From Erysipelotrichaceae bacterium (GTDB lineage Bacteria > Bacillota_I > Bacilli_A > Erysipelotrichales > Coprobacillaceae): DNA of 12,711 nucleotides. The stretch's first letter is position 1. Each line of letters starts with the position of its first letter. Positions 1 to 6,450 of the stretch are shown in pieces. Position numbers and translations under genes: made by a program. Where the stretch lies: positions 1-12,711 of the forward strand of contig JAQVDW010000038.1 of NCBI GenBank assembly GCA_028698185.1. Direction: 5' to 3'. Under the pieces are notes generated by a model. That model had not been told where the DNA came from. It searched no databases and saw only the letters and a list, made by a program, of their open reading frames with translations.

Positions 1-133
1 TGATAATATATTAAATTGTATTTTATGATTTTTCCAATCATCTTTCCTTGATATTTACCATGAGGGTAAATGTCAATGGATTAATTAAACCACAAATAAA
101 AATAAAAATGGTTTTTTTAATATTTATGAAAAT

Positions 134-168
134 AAAAAAATCATTCCCGTAAATGAGAATGATTTTTT
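134..168 (-). terminator. Rho-independent terminator, bidirectional in appearance, downstream of the membrane-protein gene
   Basis: 7-bp stem ATCATTC (140-146) / GAATGAT (157-163), flanked by an A-run (134-140) and a T-run (163-168). It lies 5 nt past the stop codon (173-175) of the minus-strand CDS. Confidence 0.6.
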
Positions 169-172
169 AACC

Positions 173-859
173 TTAGGCGGCCAATTCCGTATTTTCTTTT
201 GTTGCGATTTCATCTTCGCGTTTGAAGGCGATTGCCTTCAATGGAGCTTCGACATACTTCAAGATAACCCCGATTATTTTACCTGTAATCAGGGCGGATA
301 CCAATGTTCCTTCGCGGACGATGGTCACCCCGTCAAGGAAGAATACCGCAATCAGGAAACCGATTAAGACAAAGACTACGTCATTGATGGTCTTGGCTTT
401 TGAAAAAGGCATCCTGAATCGTTCGCTTATGGCAAGATTCAAGCCCTCAGGGGCATTTGGCACGATATCCATGACGATGTACATCGAAGCGCCAATGGCA
501 CAGATGACTACGCCTAAAAGCATCAAGGCAAACTGTTCGAAATAGCTGTGGGGTGTGATGAAGCTAAGCATCTGACCGGTCAGGTTGACGAAATAGCCAA
601 ATGCGAAGCTGAATACAGCCTGGAGCAGGTTTTTCTTCTTGAATTTGTCTTTGAGCAGGATCATCTGGATCAAGACAAACGAACTGTAGGCGATTATTGT
701 CATTGTCCCAAAATCGATGCCCAGGACTAGAGAGATGGGAAGATTCAAAGCAGAAATAGGGGATATCCCCAAGTTGGATATGATCGAGAGATTGACTCCG
801 ACTGTGATTAGAAACAGACCAAGAAAATAAATGGCAACTCGATTGAATGTTTTTATCAT
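173..859 (-). CDS. Integral membrane protein, YczE/YyaS/YitT-like family (228 aa)
   Basis: The ORF track gives 173..892. The internal ATG at 859 is preceded on the minus strand by AAAGGAG plus a 7-nt spacer, so 859 is the likelier start (MIKTFNRV...). The protein has multiple hydrophobic helices. Its overall pattern (N-terminal YFLGLFLITVGVNL, central P-x-EG, 'KT.ND' segment) resembles B. subtilis YczE-type proteins as I remember them. Confidence 0.75.
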   Translation of the reverse strand: MIKTFNRVAIYFLGLFLITVGVNLSIISNLGISPISALNLPISLVLGIDFGTMTIIAYSSFVLIQMILLKDKFKKKNLLQAVFSFAFGYFVNLTGQMLSFITPHSYFEQFALMLLGVVICAIGASMYIVMDIVPNAPEGLNLAISERFRMPFSKAKTINDVVFVLIGFLIAVFFLDGVTIVREGTLVSALITGKIIGVILKYVEAPLKAIAFKREDEIATKENTELAA

Positions 860-959
860 AATAACTCCTTTATCTATAGTAATTATCGACATATTTAGTA
901 CACAATCATATTCTAAACGATGACTTTAAATATGTCTAATACTTAAAACAAATGAACTA

Positions 960-1844
960 TCATGCCTTAAAAGCATCATTAATGGCATCGATAAATTTGC
1001 GCATCAAAGGCGAAAGATTATAATCTTCTTTCCAGGCGATGACGATGCCGCTGATCAAAGCCGGTTCGAAGGGGACAAAAACGATGCTGTCAATGGAGTA
1101 GATTTTAAATGAGCCCTCAAAAGTAATCAGGCTACCGATATTATACTCGATCAGGGAATAGGCGCTCGAAAGCAGGTTGTGGGTGGCGACGAAATCGAGC
1201 TGATCATAGTGCTCCATGAACCAACTGCGGATTTCCTTCTGGACGACCGGTCTTCTGGTGTTGATCAAAGGAATTCCAATCAGGTCATCGGGTTTGAGGA
1301 ATTCGTGCTTGGCCAGGGGATGCTCCTTGTTGACCAATAGGCCCCAACGTTCTTTGTGTGGTGAGCGGATATAGTTGTAATTGGTCAGATCGACCGGTTC
1401 GAGCAATATGCCAAAGTCCAACAGGCCCCGCTCCAGCCCTTCCTTGGTGGAGTCGGCGTTGGCGGTTGTCAGATAAAAACGGACCCGGGGATGGAGTTTT
1501 TGGAACGCCTTGATCACCTGGGGCAAGATGACATGGGCCGTATGGCATTCGGCTAGACCAATGGCGATTTCTCCTTCGAGTTCATCGTCATCTTTGGCGA
1601 TTTCGCTACGGGTCTTGACAACCAGGCCAAGAATTTCCTGGGCCCTTCTTTTAAGCAGCAGGCCATCACTGGTCAAAGTGATTTTCCGTTTCCCGCGGAT
1701 AAAAAGCACCGTGTCGAGTTCCTCCTCGAGGGCCATCAGTTGACGACTTAATGTCGGCTGGGTAATATGCAATAGTTTGGCAGCCTTGGTGATGTTAAGT
1801 TCATTGGCCACTGTCAAAAAATATTCTAATGTTCTAAGTTCCAT
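960..1844 (-). CDS. LysR-family transcriptional regulator (294 aa)
   Basis: N-terminal winged-HTH signature: MELRTLEYFLTVANELNITKAAKLLHITQPTLSRQLMALEEEL. Typical LTTR length with a C-terminal effector-binding region. RBS GAGGTG lies 6 nt upstream of the ATG on the minus strand. Divergent from the methyltransferase gene. Confidence 0.95.
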   Translation of the reverse strand: MELRTLEYFLTVANELNITKAAKLLHITQPTLSRQLMALEEELDTVLFIRGKRKITLTSDGLLLKRRAQEILGLVVKTRSEIAKDDDELEGEIAIGLAECHTAHVILPQVIKAFQKLHPRVRFYLTTANADSTKEGLERGLLDFGILLEPVDLTNYNYIRSPHKERWGLLVNKEHPLAKHEFLKPDDLIGIPLINTRRPVVQKEIRSWFMEHYDQLDFVATHNLLSSAYSLIEYNIGSLITFEGSFKIYSIDSIVFVPFEPALISGIVIAWKEDYNLSPLMRKFIDAINDAFKA

Positions 1845-1906
1845 AGGATCACCTCGCAGTATAATTGTACAATGAAAAGTTGGGAATAAAAACTAAAACA
1901 ACAAAA

Positions 1907-1933
1907 AAGTATCAAATGATAACATAGATACTT
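1907..1933. promoter_or_regulatory. Inverted repeat AAGTATC-N13-GATACTT, candidate LysR-type operator
   Basis: Perfect 7-bp arms at 1907-1913 and 1927-1933 in the lysR/methyltransferase divergent intergenic region. The right arm abuts or overlaps the putative -35 of the methyltransferase promoter. A second perfect palindrome, ATTGTACAAT, sits at 1864-1873 in the lysR leader. Confidence 0.35.
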
Positions 1934-1960
1934 AACCGAAAGTGAAATAACTGCTATAAT
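1932..1960 (+). promoter_or_regulatory. Putative sigmaA promoter of the methyltransferase/helicase operon
   Basis: -35 TTAACC (1932-1937), 17-nt spacer, extended -10 TGcTATAAT (1952-1960). It ends 30 nt upstream of the ATG at 1991. RBS GGGGGA at 1980-1985. Confidence 0.45.
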
Positions 1961-1990
1961 GTAACAAAGTACTATTTTTGGGGGAATAAG

Positions 1991-2593
1991 ATGAAAGAGA
2001 TTTTTGATGACAAAACGATTGATTATTATGAAACCAATGCCCAAAGTTTCTTCGACACGACGGCCAATGTGGAATTTTCAAGCAACCAGGATAAATTCCT
2101 GGGCTACTTGGAAAATGGTGGCCTGGTATTGGATTATGGGTGTGGCAGCGGGCGCGATGCCAAATATTTCCTGGATAAGGGATTCCAGGTGGTGGCTGTC
2201 GATGGCTCTAAGCATATGTGTCAATTGGCAAATAAATTGACAGGATTGCCTGTAAGACAGATGTATTTTCAACAACTGGATGAAACTGGAAAATATGATG
2301 GGGTCTGGGCTTGCGCCTCAATCCTTCATTTGCCTGTTGACCAGTTGGGTGATGTCTTCACAAAAGTCGCCCAAGCATTGAAAACCAAGGGGATATTTTA
2401 TGTTTCATTCAAATACGGCGATTTCCAAGGGGAAAGAAATGGTCGTTATTTCACTGATTTGACCGAATCTTCATTGGCTCAACTTGTTGTCCAGTCGGGA
2501 GCATTCGCAATAGAAGAAATTTGGCTTTCCAGTGATGTGCGCCCAGGAAGAAGTGATGAAAAATGGCTCAATGCGATTTTGAAGAAAGTCTAG
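1991..2593 (+). CDS. Class I SAM-dependent methyltransferase, small-molecule type fold (200 aa)
   Basis: Motif I (SAM-binding glycine loop) VLDYGCGSGRDAKYF. Acidic post-I residue in VVAVDGS. Motif-II-like DGVWACASILHL. The size and layout match the Methyltransf_11/25-like family. No DPPY/NPPY or PCQ/ENV DNA-methyltransferase motifs were seen. Confidence 0.9.
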   Translation: MKEIFDDKTIDYYETNAQSFFDTTANVEFSSNQDKFLGYLENGGLVLDYGCGSGRDAKYFLDKGFQVVAVDGSKHMCQLANKLTGLPVRQMYFQQLDETGKYDGVWACASILHLPVDQLGDVFTKVAQALKTKGIFYVSFKYGDFQGERNGRYFTDLTESSLAQLVVQSGAFAIEEIWLSSDVRPGRSDEKWLNAILKKV

Positions 2594-5052
2594 AAACAGT
2601 GTTGCTCGATGCCCAGCCATCAAGGGCGATTACCGGTGGTGATGATGGTTGTGACCATCTATACTGGCATCTTAAAAAAAGCATGGAAGGTGCCAAGCAA
2701 ATCGACATCATTGTCTCATTCCTGATGGAATCAGGAGTCAAGATGCTACTTGCCGACTTGAAGAGCGCCATTGCCTCCGGGACGAAAATCCGGCTGCTTA
2801 CCGGCAATTACCTGGGAATAACCCAGCCCAGCGCCTTGTACCTGGTCAAAAATGAACTGGAAAACCAGGTCGATTTGAGGTTTTACAACGATTCCAGTCG
2901 TTCGTTCCATCCCAAGGCCTATATTTTTCATTATGAAAATCAAAGCGAAATTTATGTCGGGTCTTCGAATATTTCCAAAAGCGCCCTGACATCGGGAATC
3001 GAGTGGAACTACCGTTTTTCTTCGAAATCGGATCCTTCAAGTTTTGCGGATTTTTACCACACATTCAATGATTTGTTTGACCATCATTCGATCATCATTG
3101 ATGATTTGCAGTTGAAAAAATATGCCAGTTCATGGATTCGTCCTACGGTCATGTACACTCTTAACCATTATGACTTTAGAAGTTCGACTGAAAGGCCGTC
3201 TGAATTCGAGCCCCGTGGTGCCCAAATCGAGGCATTGTATTCCTTGAAGAAAGTCCGGGAACAAGGTGCAACCAAGGGGCTGATTTATGCCGCAACGGGA
3301 ATCGGCAAAACTTATCTGGCGGCTTTCGACTCGGTAGATTACAAGCGTGTCCTGTTTGTGGCTCATCGTGAGGAGATCCTATTCCAGGCAGCAGAAAGCT
3401 TTAAAAATGTCCGAAAAACCGATAATATCGGCTTTTTCAACGGCAAACAAAAGGACACTGGCAATGATCTTATTTTTGCCTCAGTGGCAAGTTTGGGTAA
3501 AAGCGAATATCTAAGTCCCGAGTATTTTGATGCGGATTACTTCGATTACATAGTCATCGATGAATTCCATCATGCAGTCAATGGGAGCTACCTCAAAATC
3601 ATCGAATATTTCCAACCCAAGTTTCTCCTGGGATTGACTGCCACTCCGGAAAGAATGGATGGAAGAAACATCTATGAACTTTGCGACTATATCGTTCCTT
3701 ACCAGATAAGCCTGAAAGACGCCATCAATCAGGGAATGCTTGTTCCATTCCGCTATTATGGCATTTATGACGAGACGGTGGATTATTCGAAAATCCCGCT
3801 AGTTAAAGGGAAATACAATTTGGAACAATTGAACAAAAGCCTGATGATAACCAGACGTTATGATCTGATCTACCGGCATTATTTGAAATATGCCTCTGCA
3901 AGGGCACTGGGTTTTTGCAGTTCAATCGAACACGCCAAGACCATGGCTCATGAGTTCACAACCCGGAAGATTCCGGCAGTGGCGGTATATAGCGGGCCAT
4001 CGGATGGAACTGGAGTTGAAAGATCCAAAGCCCTGGAAATGCTTGAAAAAGGTGAAATCAAGGTCATCTTCTCGGTTGACATGTTCAATGAAGGGCTGGA
4101 CATTCCGGCAGTAGATATGGTGATGTTTCTAAGACCGACCGAGTCACCGGTAGTGTTTCTCCAACAGCTCGGTCGCGGTCTGCGCCAGCATGAAGGCAAG
4201 GAATACCTAAATGTGCTGGATTTTATCGGCAACTACCAAAAAGCGGGAATTGCGCCATTTCTTCTAAGTGGTGAAACTTACAATAAAAAAGAGGCGCTCA
4301 AAAGAGAGCAGCGGGATTTCAAGTTCCCCGTTGGCTGTCTTGTGGACTTCGATTTGCGCCTGATTGACCTGTTCAAGCAGATGGCTCAAAACAGTCTGAA
4401 CAAAAAGGAATTGATCGTCCAGGAATATCAGCGCATCAAGGAAGAAGTCGGCCATCGCCCAACAAGGATCGAGCTATTCACTTACATGGAAGATGAGATT
4501 TACGAACTGTGCCAGGCCAATGCGAAACTTAGTCCCTTCAAGGATTATCTGGGGTTTTTGAATGAATGTGATGAGTTGAGCGAACATGAACAGGAGATCT
4601 ACCATTCACCGGGAAAAGGATTCATCAAGATGATAGAGACGACCAGTATGACAAAGTCATACAAGATGCCTTTGTTACAGGCATTCTACAATGACGGAAA
4701 GATAAAAATGGCAGTCGATGAGGATGATGTTTACATCCATTTCCGGGATTTTTACAACAATGGACTTAACGGCCAGGATCTTGAAAAGGACAAAGGCAAC
4801 CGGGATTATTTAAGCTGGGGCAAAAACCAGTATGTCGCCAAAGCCAAAGCTCAGCCGATCAGGGCCTTGCTGAACACCGCGAGTGACTATTTTATAGAAA
4901 AAGATGGTTATCTTTTAGCCTTGAATCAGAATATTAATCCCTTGGTAGCAAACTCGGCTTTCATTGTTCATTTCAAAGATGCCGTCGACTACCGGACAAT
5001 GGAATACTACCGCCGCAATCGCTTTGTCGAACCGGGCAATTTTGACAAGTAG
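2563..5052 (+). CDS. Fusion protein: single-HKD PLD-family nuclease domain + SF2 (ResIII/DEAH-type) helicase + C-terminal DUF3427-like domain (829 aa)
   Basis: HKD motif HPKAYIFHYENQSEIYVGSSN (aa 116-136, nt 2908-2970). Helicase motif I AATGIGKT (nt 3289-3312), motif II DEFHH (nt 3559-3573), motif III TATPER (nt 3637-3654), motif VI QQLGRGLR (nt 4162-4185). The C-terminal ~220 aa (nt ~4390-5049, containing ...TKSYKMPLLQAFY...) resembles DUF3427 from memory. The start is uncertain: ATG 2563 (AGGAAG 12 nt upstream, 31-nt overlap with the methyltransferase) versus GTG 2599 or TTG 2602 just after the methyltransferase stop. Confidence 0.9.
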   Translation: MAQCDFEESLETVLLDAQPSRAITGGDDGCDHLYWHLKKSMEGAKQIDIIVSFLMESGVKMLLADLKSAIASGTKIRLLTGNYLGITQPSALYLVKNELENQVDLRFYNDSSRSFHPKAYIFHYENQSEIYVGSSNISKSALTSGIEWNYRFSSKSDPSSFADFYHTFNDLFDHHSIIIDDLQLKKYASSWIRPTVMYTLNHYDFRSSTERPSEFEPRGAQIEALYSLKKVREQGATKGLIYAATGIGKTYLAAFDSVDYKRVLFVAHREEILFQAAESFKNVRKTDNIGFFNGKQKDTGNDLIFASVASLGKSEYLSPEYFDADYFDYIVIDEFHHAVNGSYLKIIEYFQPKFLLGLTATPERMDGRNIYELCDYIVPYQISLKDAINQGMLVPFRYYGIYDETVDYSKIPLVKGKYNLEQLNKSLMITRRYDLIYRHYLKYASARALGFCSSIEHAKTMAHEFTTRKIPAVAVYSGPSDGTGVERSKALEMLEKGEIKVIFSVDMFNEGLDIPAVDMVMFLRPTESPVVFLQQLGRGLRQHEGKEYLNVLDFIGNYQKAGIAPFLLSGETYNKKEALKREQRDFKFPVGCLVDFDLRLIDLFKQMAQNSLNKKELIVQEYQRIKEEVGHRPTRIELFTYMEDEIYELCQANAKLSPFKDYLGFLNECDELSEHEQEIYHSPGKGFIKMIETTSMTKSYKMPLLQAFYNDGKIKMAVDEDDVYIHFRDFYNNGLNGQDLEKDKGNRDYLSWGKNQYVAKAKAQPIRALLNTASDYFIEKDGYLLALNQNINPLVANSAFIVHFKDAVDYRTMEYYRRNRFVEPGNFDK

Positions 5053-5166
5053 ATGACTTGTGAATTCAAAATGCATAATTGTAACTGCAAGACCACATTC
5101 TTAGGTCAAAGTTGTATTTTTATTTCCCAATGAAATAGCAACCAGATGAAAGGTGGCGACAACTTC

Positions 5167-5526
5167 ATGTATGTAAAACCGTATTATCGAATACTGACCA
5201 TTGGTTTGTTTGTGATCAATATTGTATTTTGGCTGGCAATATTTGGAAATTTTTCGTTTGTTGAATATGCCAATGATGATGCTTATCTGATCTTGAAAAT
5301 CCTGCTTTTTGGTGAACCTGTTGCTTTCGCAGTTGGTTTATGGGGATATGTGAGGAAAATCAAAGGATTGTATTTGGTTACAATATTGTTCCTGATTGGA
5401 AATTCGATACTATCACTTACCGACCAGACTGGTTGGCTGGATTTGATTTCCTTGATATTGAGCCTGGTGCTCTTGATTGTAATGGTAGTGCAATGGGAAT
5501 CGATGATGAAACATCCAAAAATATGA
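5167..5526 (+). CDS. Small hypothetical membrane protein, about 4 TM helices (119 aa)
   Basis: The ORF track starts at ATG 5146. ATG 5167 is better placed, 10 nt after AAGGTGG (5150-5156). Four hydrophobic segments: ILTIGLFVINIVFWLAIFG, YLILKILLFGEPVAFAVGLWGYV, LYLVTILFLIGNSILSL, LISLILSLVLLIVMVV. I recognise no family. Confidence 0.6.
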   Translation: MYVKPYYRILTIGLFVINIVFWLAIFGNFSFVEYANDDAYLILKILLFGEPVAFAVGLWGYVRKIKGLYLVTILFLIGNSILSLTDQTGWLDLISLILSLVLLIVMVVQWESMMKHPKI

Positions 5527-5733
5527 GTTTGACGGCTAAGAGTTTGTGGCAATGATAACTCATGGCATTATATTAAGGTAACCTTGAAAAAGTGAAATGT
5601 ATTTTTTACAGCCTACACTATCGATGACATTGCCAATAGAAAAATGTTCGACTCAGTTCTGAACGTTCAAAAATGTTTGAGAATTATCATGAGCTGGAAG
5701 ATGAAATTCAAAGAAGACTAAGGGCTATTGGAC

Positions 5734-5755
5734 ATGATATTTGATATTTCAGATA
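5734..5755 (+). repeat. Cluster of (A/T)TGATA / CAGATA direct repeats upstream of ORF 5816
   Basis: ATGATA 5734-5739, TTGATA 5741-5746, CAGATA 5750-5755. The cluster is followed by AACTGGTT (5760-5767). Confidence 0.4.
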
Positions 5756-5772
5756 GGCAAACTGGTTGAAAC

Positions 5773-5786
5773 GATAAATTTTAATT
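5773..5786 (+). repeat. GATAAATTTTAAT(T) repeat, copy 1
   Basis: Exact 13-mer GATAAATTTTAAT, shared with 6424-6436 and 6904-6916. It ends 30 nt upstream of the ATG at 5816. Confidence 0.8.
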
Positions 5787-5815
5787 CATAATGAAAAAAT
5801 AAGAGGAGATTATTT

Positions 5816-6193
5816 ATGAAACAAATTCAAATTTTGTGGAGCTATAATGATTTAGCAGATGGAGTGAAAGGAATTGAGATATTTGAATCAGAGAAGTATA
5901 TTGATGATTTTGAAAAATTGATCAATGACCATTTTCCACAATATCAAATAAAATATCTTCTAATTGAAGAAGAGTGGAATGATGATAAAGTTGAGTATTT
6001 AAGGGTAATAGGTGCCCCGAATGCTGCTGAGGAAGATAAAATATTAAATGAACTTTCAACTAATAATGTATATTTACCTCTAGTAATTGGTGATATTGAT
6101 GAAGCGGAAGCAAATCGAATTATTGATGAGCTATATGAGGATCCTTTTTGCACATATCATGCTGATGGGGATTATTTTTCACCAATTGATTGA
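5816..6193 (+). CDS. Hypothetical highly acidic protein (125 aa)
   Basis: Strong RBS AGAGGAG (5802-5808), 7 nt before the ATG. Hand count: 15 D + 15 E versus 7 K + 2 R, net charge about -21. No family recognised. Lies in AT-rich DNA. Confidence 0.7.
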   Translation: MKQIQILWSYNDLADGVKGIEIFESEKYIDDFEKLINDHFPQYQIKYLLIEEEWNDDKVEYLRVIGAPNAAEEDKILNELSTNNVYLPLVIGDIDEAEANRIIDELYEDPFCTYHADGDYFSPID

Positions 6194-6315
6194 TTATATT
6201 TATTGACACCAAATGTAGTGATCAGGATTCATAATTTTTTAATGCTCGCAAATATCATAACTTTCTTATATGAGGATGTGCTTTGAAACCTCAAATATCT
6301 TTCAATACGTGAATG

Positions 6316-6359
6316 TTGATACCTAATAAATAAGGTTGATAGAAAGTGATAGTTTGATA
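6316..6359 (+). repeat. Cluster of four (T/G)TGATA direct repeats upstream of ORF 6451
   Basis: TTGATA 6316-6321, TTGATA 6336-6341, GTGATA 6346-6351, TTGATA 6354-6359, giving spacings of 20, 10 and 8 nt. Followed by AACTGGTT at 6405-6412. Confidence 0.5.
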
Positions 6360-6423
6360 ATGGACAGTCAAAATTGTACTGAACACATTTTATAAAAATC
6401 ATTGAACTGGTTTAATATAGTGG

Positions 6424-6436
6424 GATAAATTTTAAT
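6424..6436 (+). repeat. GATAAATTTTAAT repeat, copy 2
   Basis: Exact 13-mer immediately upstream of RBS AAGGAG (6437-6442) and the ATG at 6451. Confidence 0.8.
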
Positions 6437-6450
6437 AAGGAGTATCGCTT

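Noticed and set aside
222-730. Plus-strand ORFs 222..545 and 548..730
   Set aside because: They are antisense to the well-supported membrane-protein CDS, have no RBS and their sequences do not look protein-like.
1285-1743. ORFs 1285..1548 (-) and 1510..1743 (+) inside the LysR gene
   Set aside because: They are out-of-frame or antisense overlaps of a confidently identified regulator gene. Their Pro/Gly/Arg-rich or Ser-rich translations indicate frame artefacts.
1826-2044. 72-aa minus-strand ORF spanning the lysR/methyltransferase intergenic region
   Set aside because: It overlaps the lysR start, both promoters and the methyltransferase start. Its hydrophobic, AT-driven sequence has no RBS.
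1991-2593. Reading the methyltransferase as the modification half of a classical restriction-modification system
   Set aside because: It has no DPPY/NPPY (N6A/N4C) or PCQ/ENV (C5) catalytic motifs and no target-recognition domain. At 200 aa it looks like a small-molecule-type class I methyltransferase. The idea is kept only as an open question in the findings.
2004-4455. Nested or antisense ORFs within the methyltransferase and helicase genes (2004..2240, 2078..2275, 2568..2807, 2746..2943, 2846..3064, 3130..3366, 3890..4114, 3948..4232, 4264..4455)
   Set aside because: All lie inside two CDSs with clear catalytic motifs, and none has a credible RBS or a domain signature.
2563-5052. Assigning the PLD-helicase to Mokosh, DISARM (DrmC/DrmA), Azaca, Hna or Nhi
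   Set aside because: From memory, those systems use different helicase families, different domain orders or extra obligatory genes such as DUF1998 and DUF6361, none of which is present here. I cannot support any of these labels without profile searches.
5283-5555. ORFs 5283..5552 (-) and 5340..5555 (+) overlapping the 4-TM gene
   Set aside because: These are overlapping frames of a hydrophobic AT-rich gene with no RBS. The plus-strand 4-TM frame has the only good start context.
5673-5744. 23-codon ORF MFENYHELEDEIQRRLRAIGHDI in the spacer before ORF 5816
   Set aside because: It has no RBS and is very short. It could be a fragment of a lost gene, but there is no way to support that from the sequence alone.
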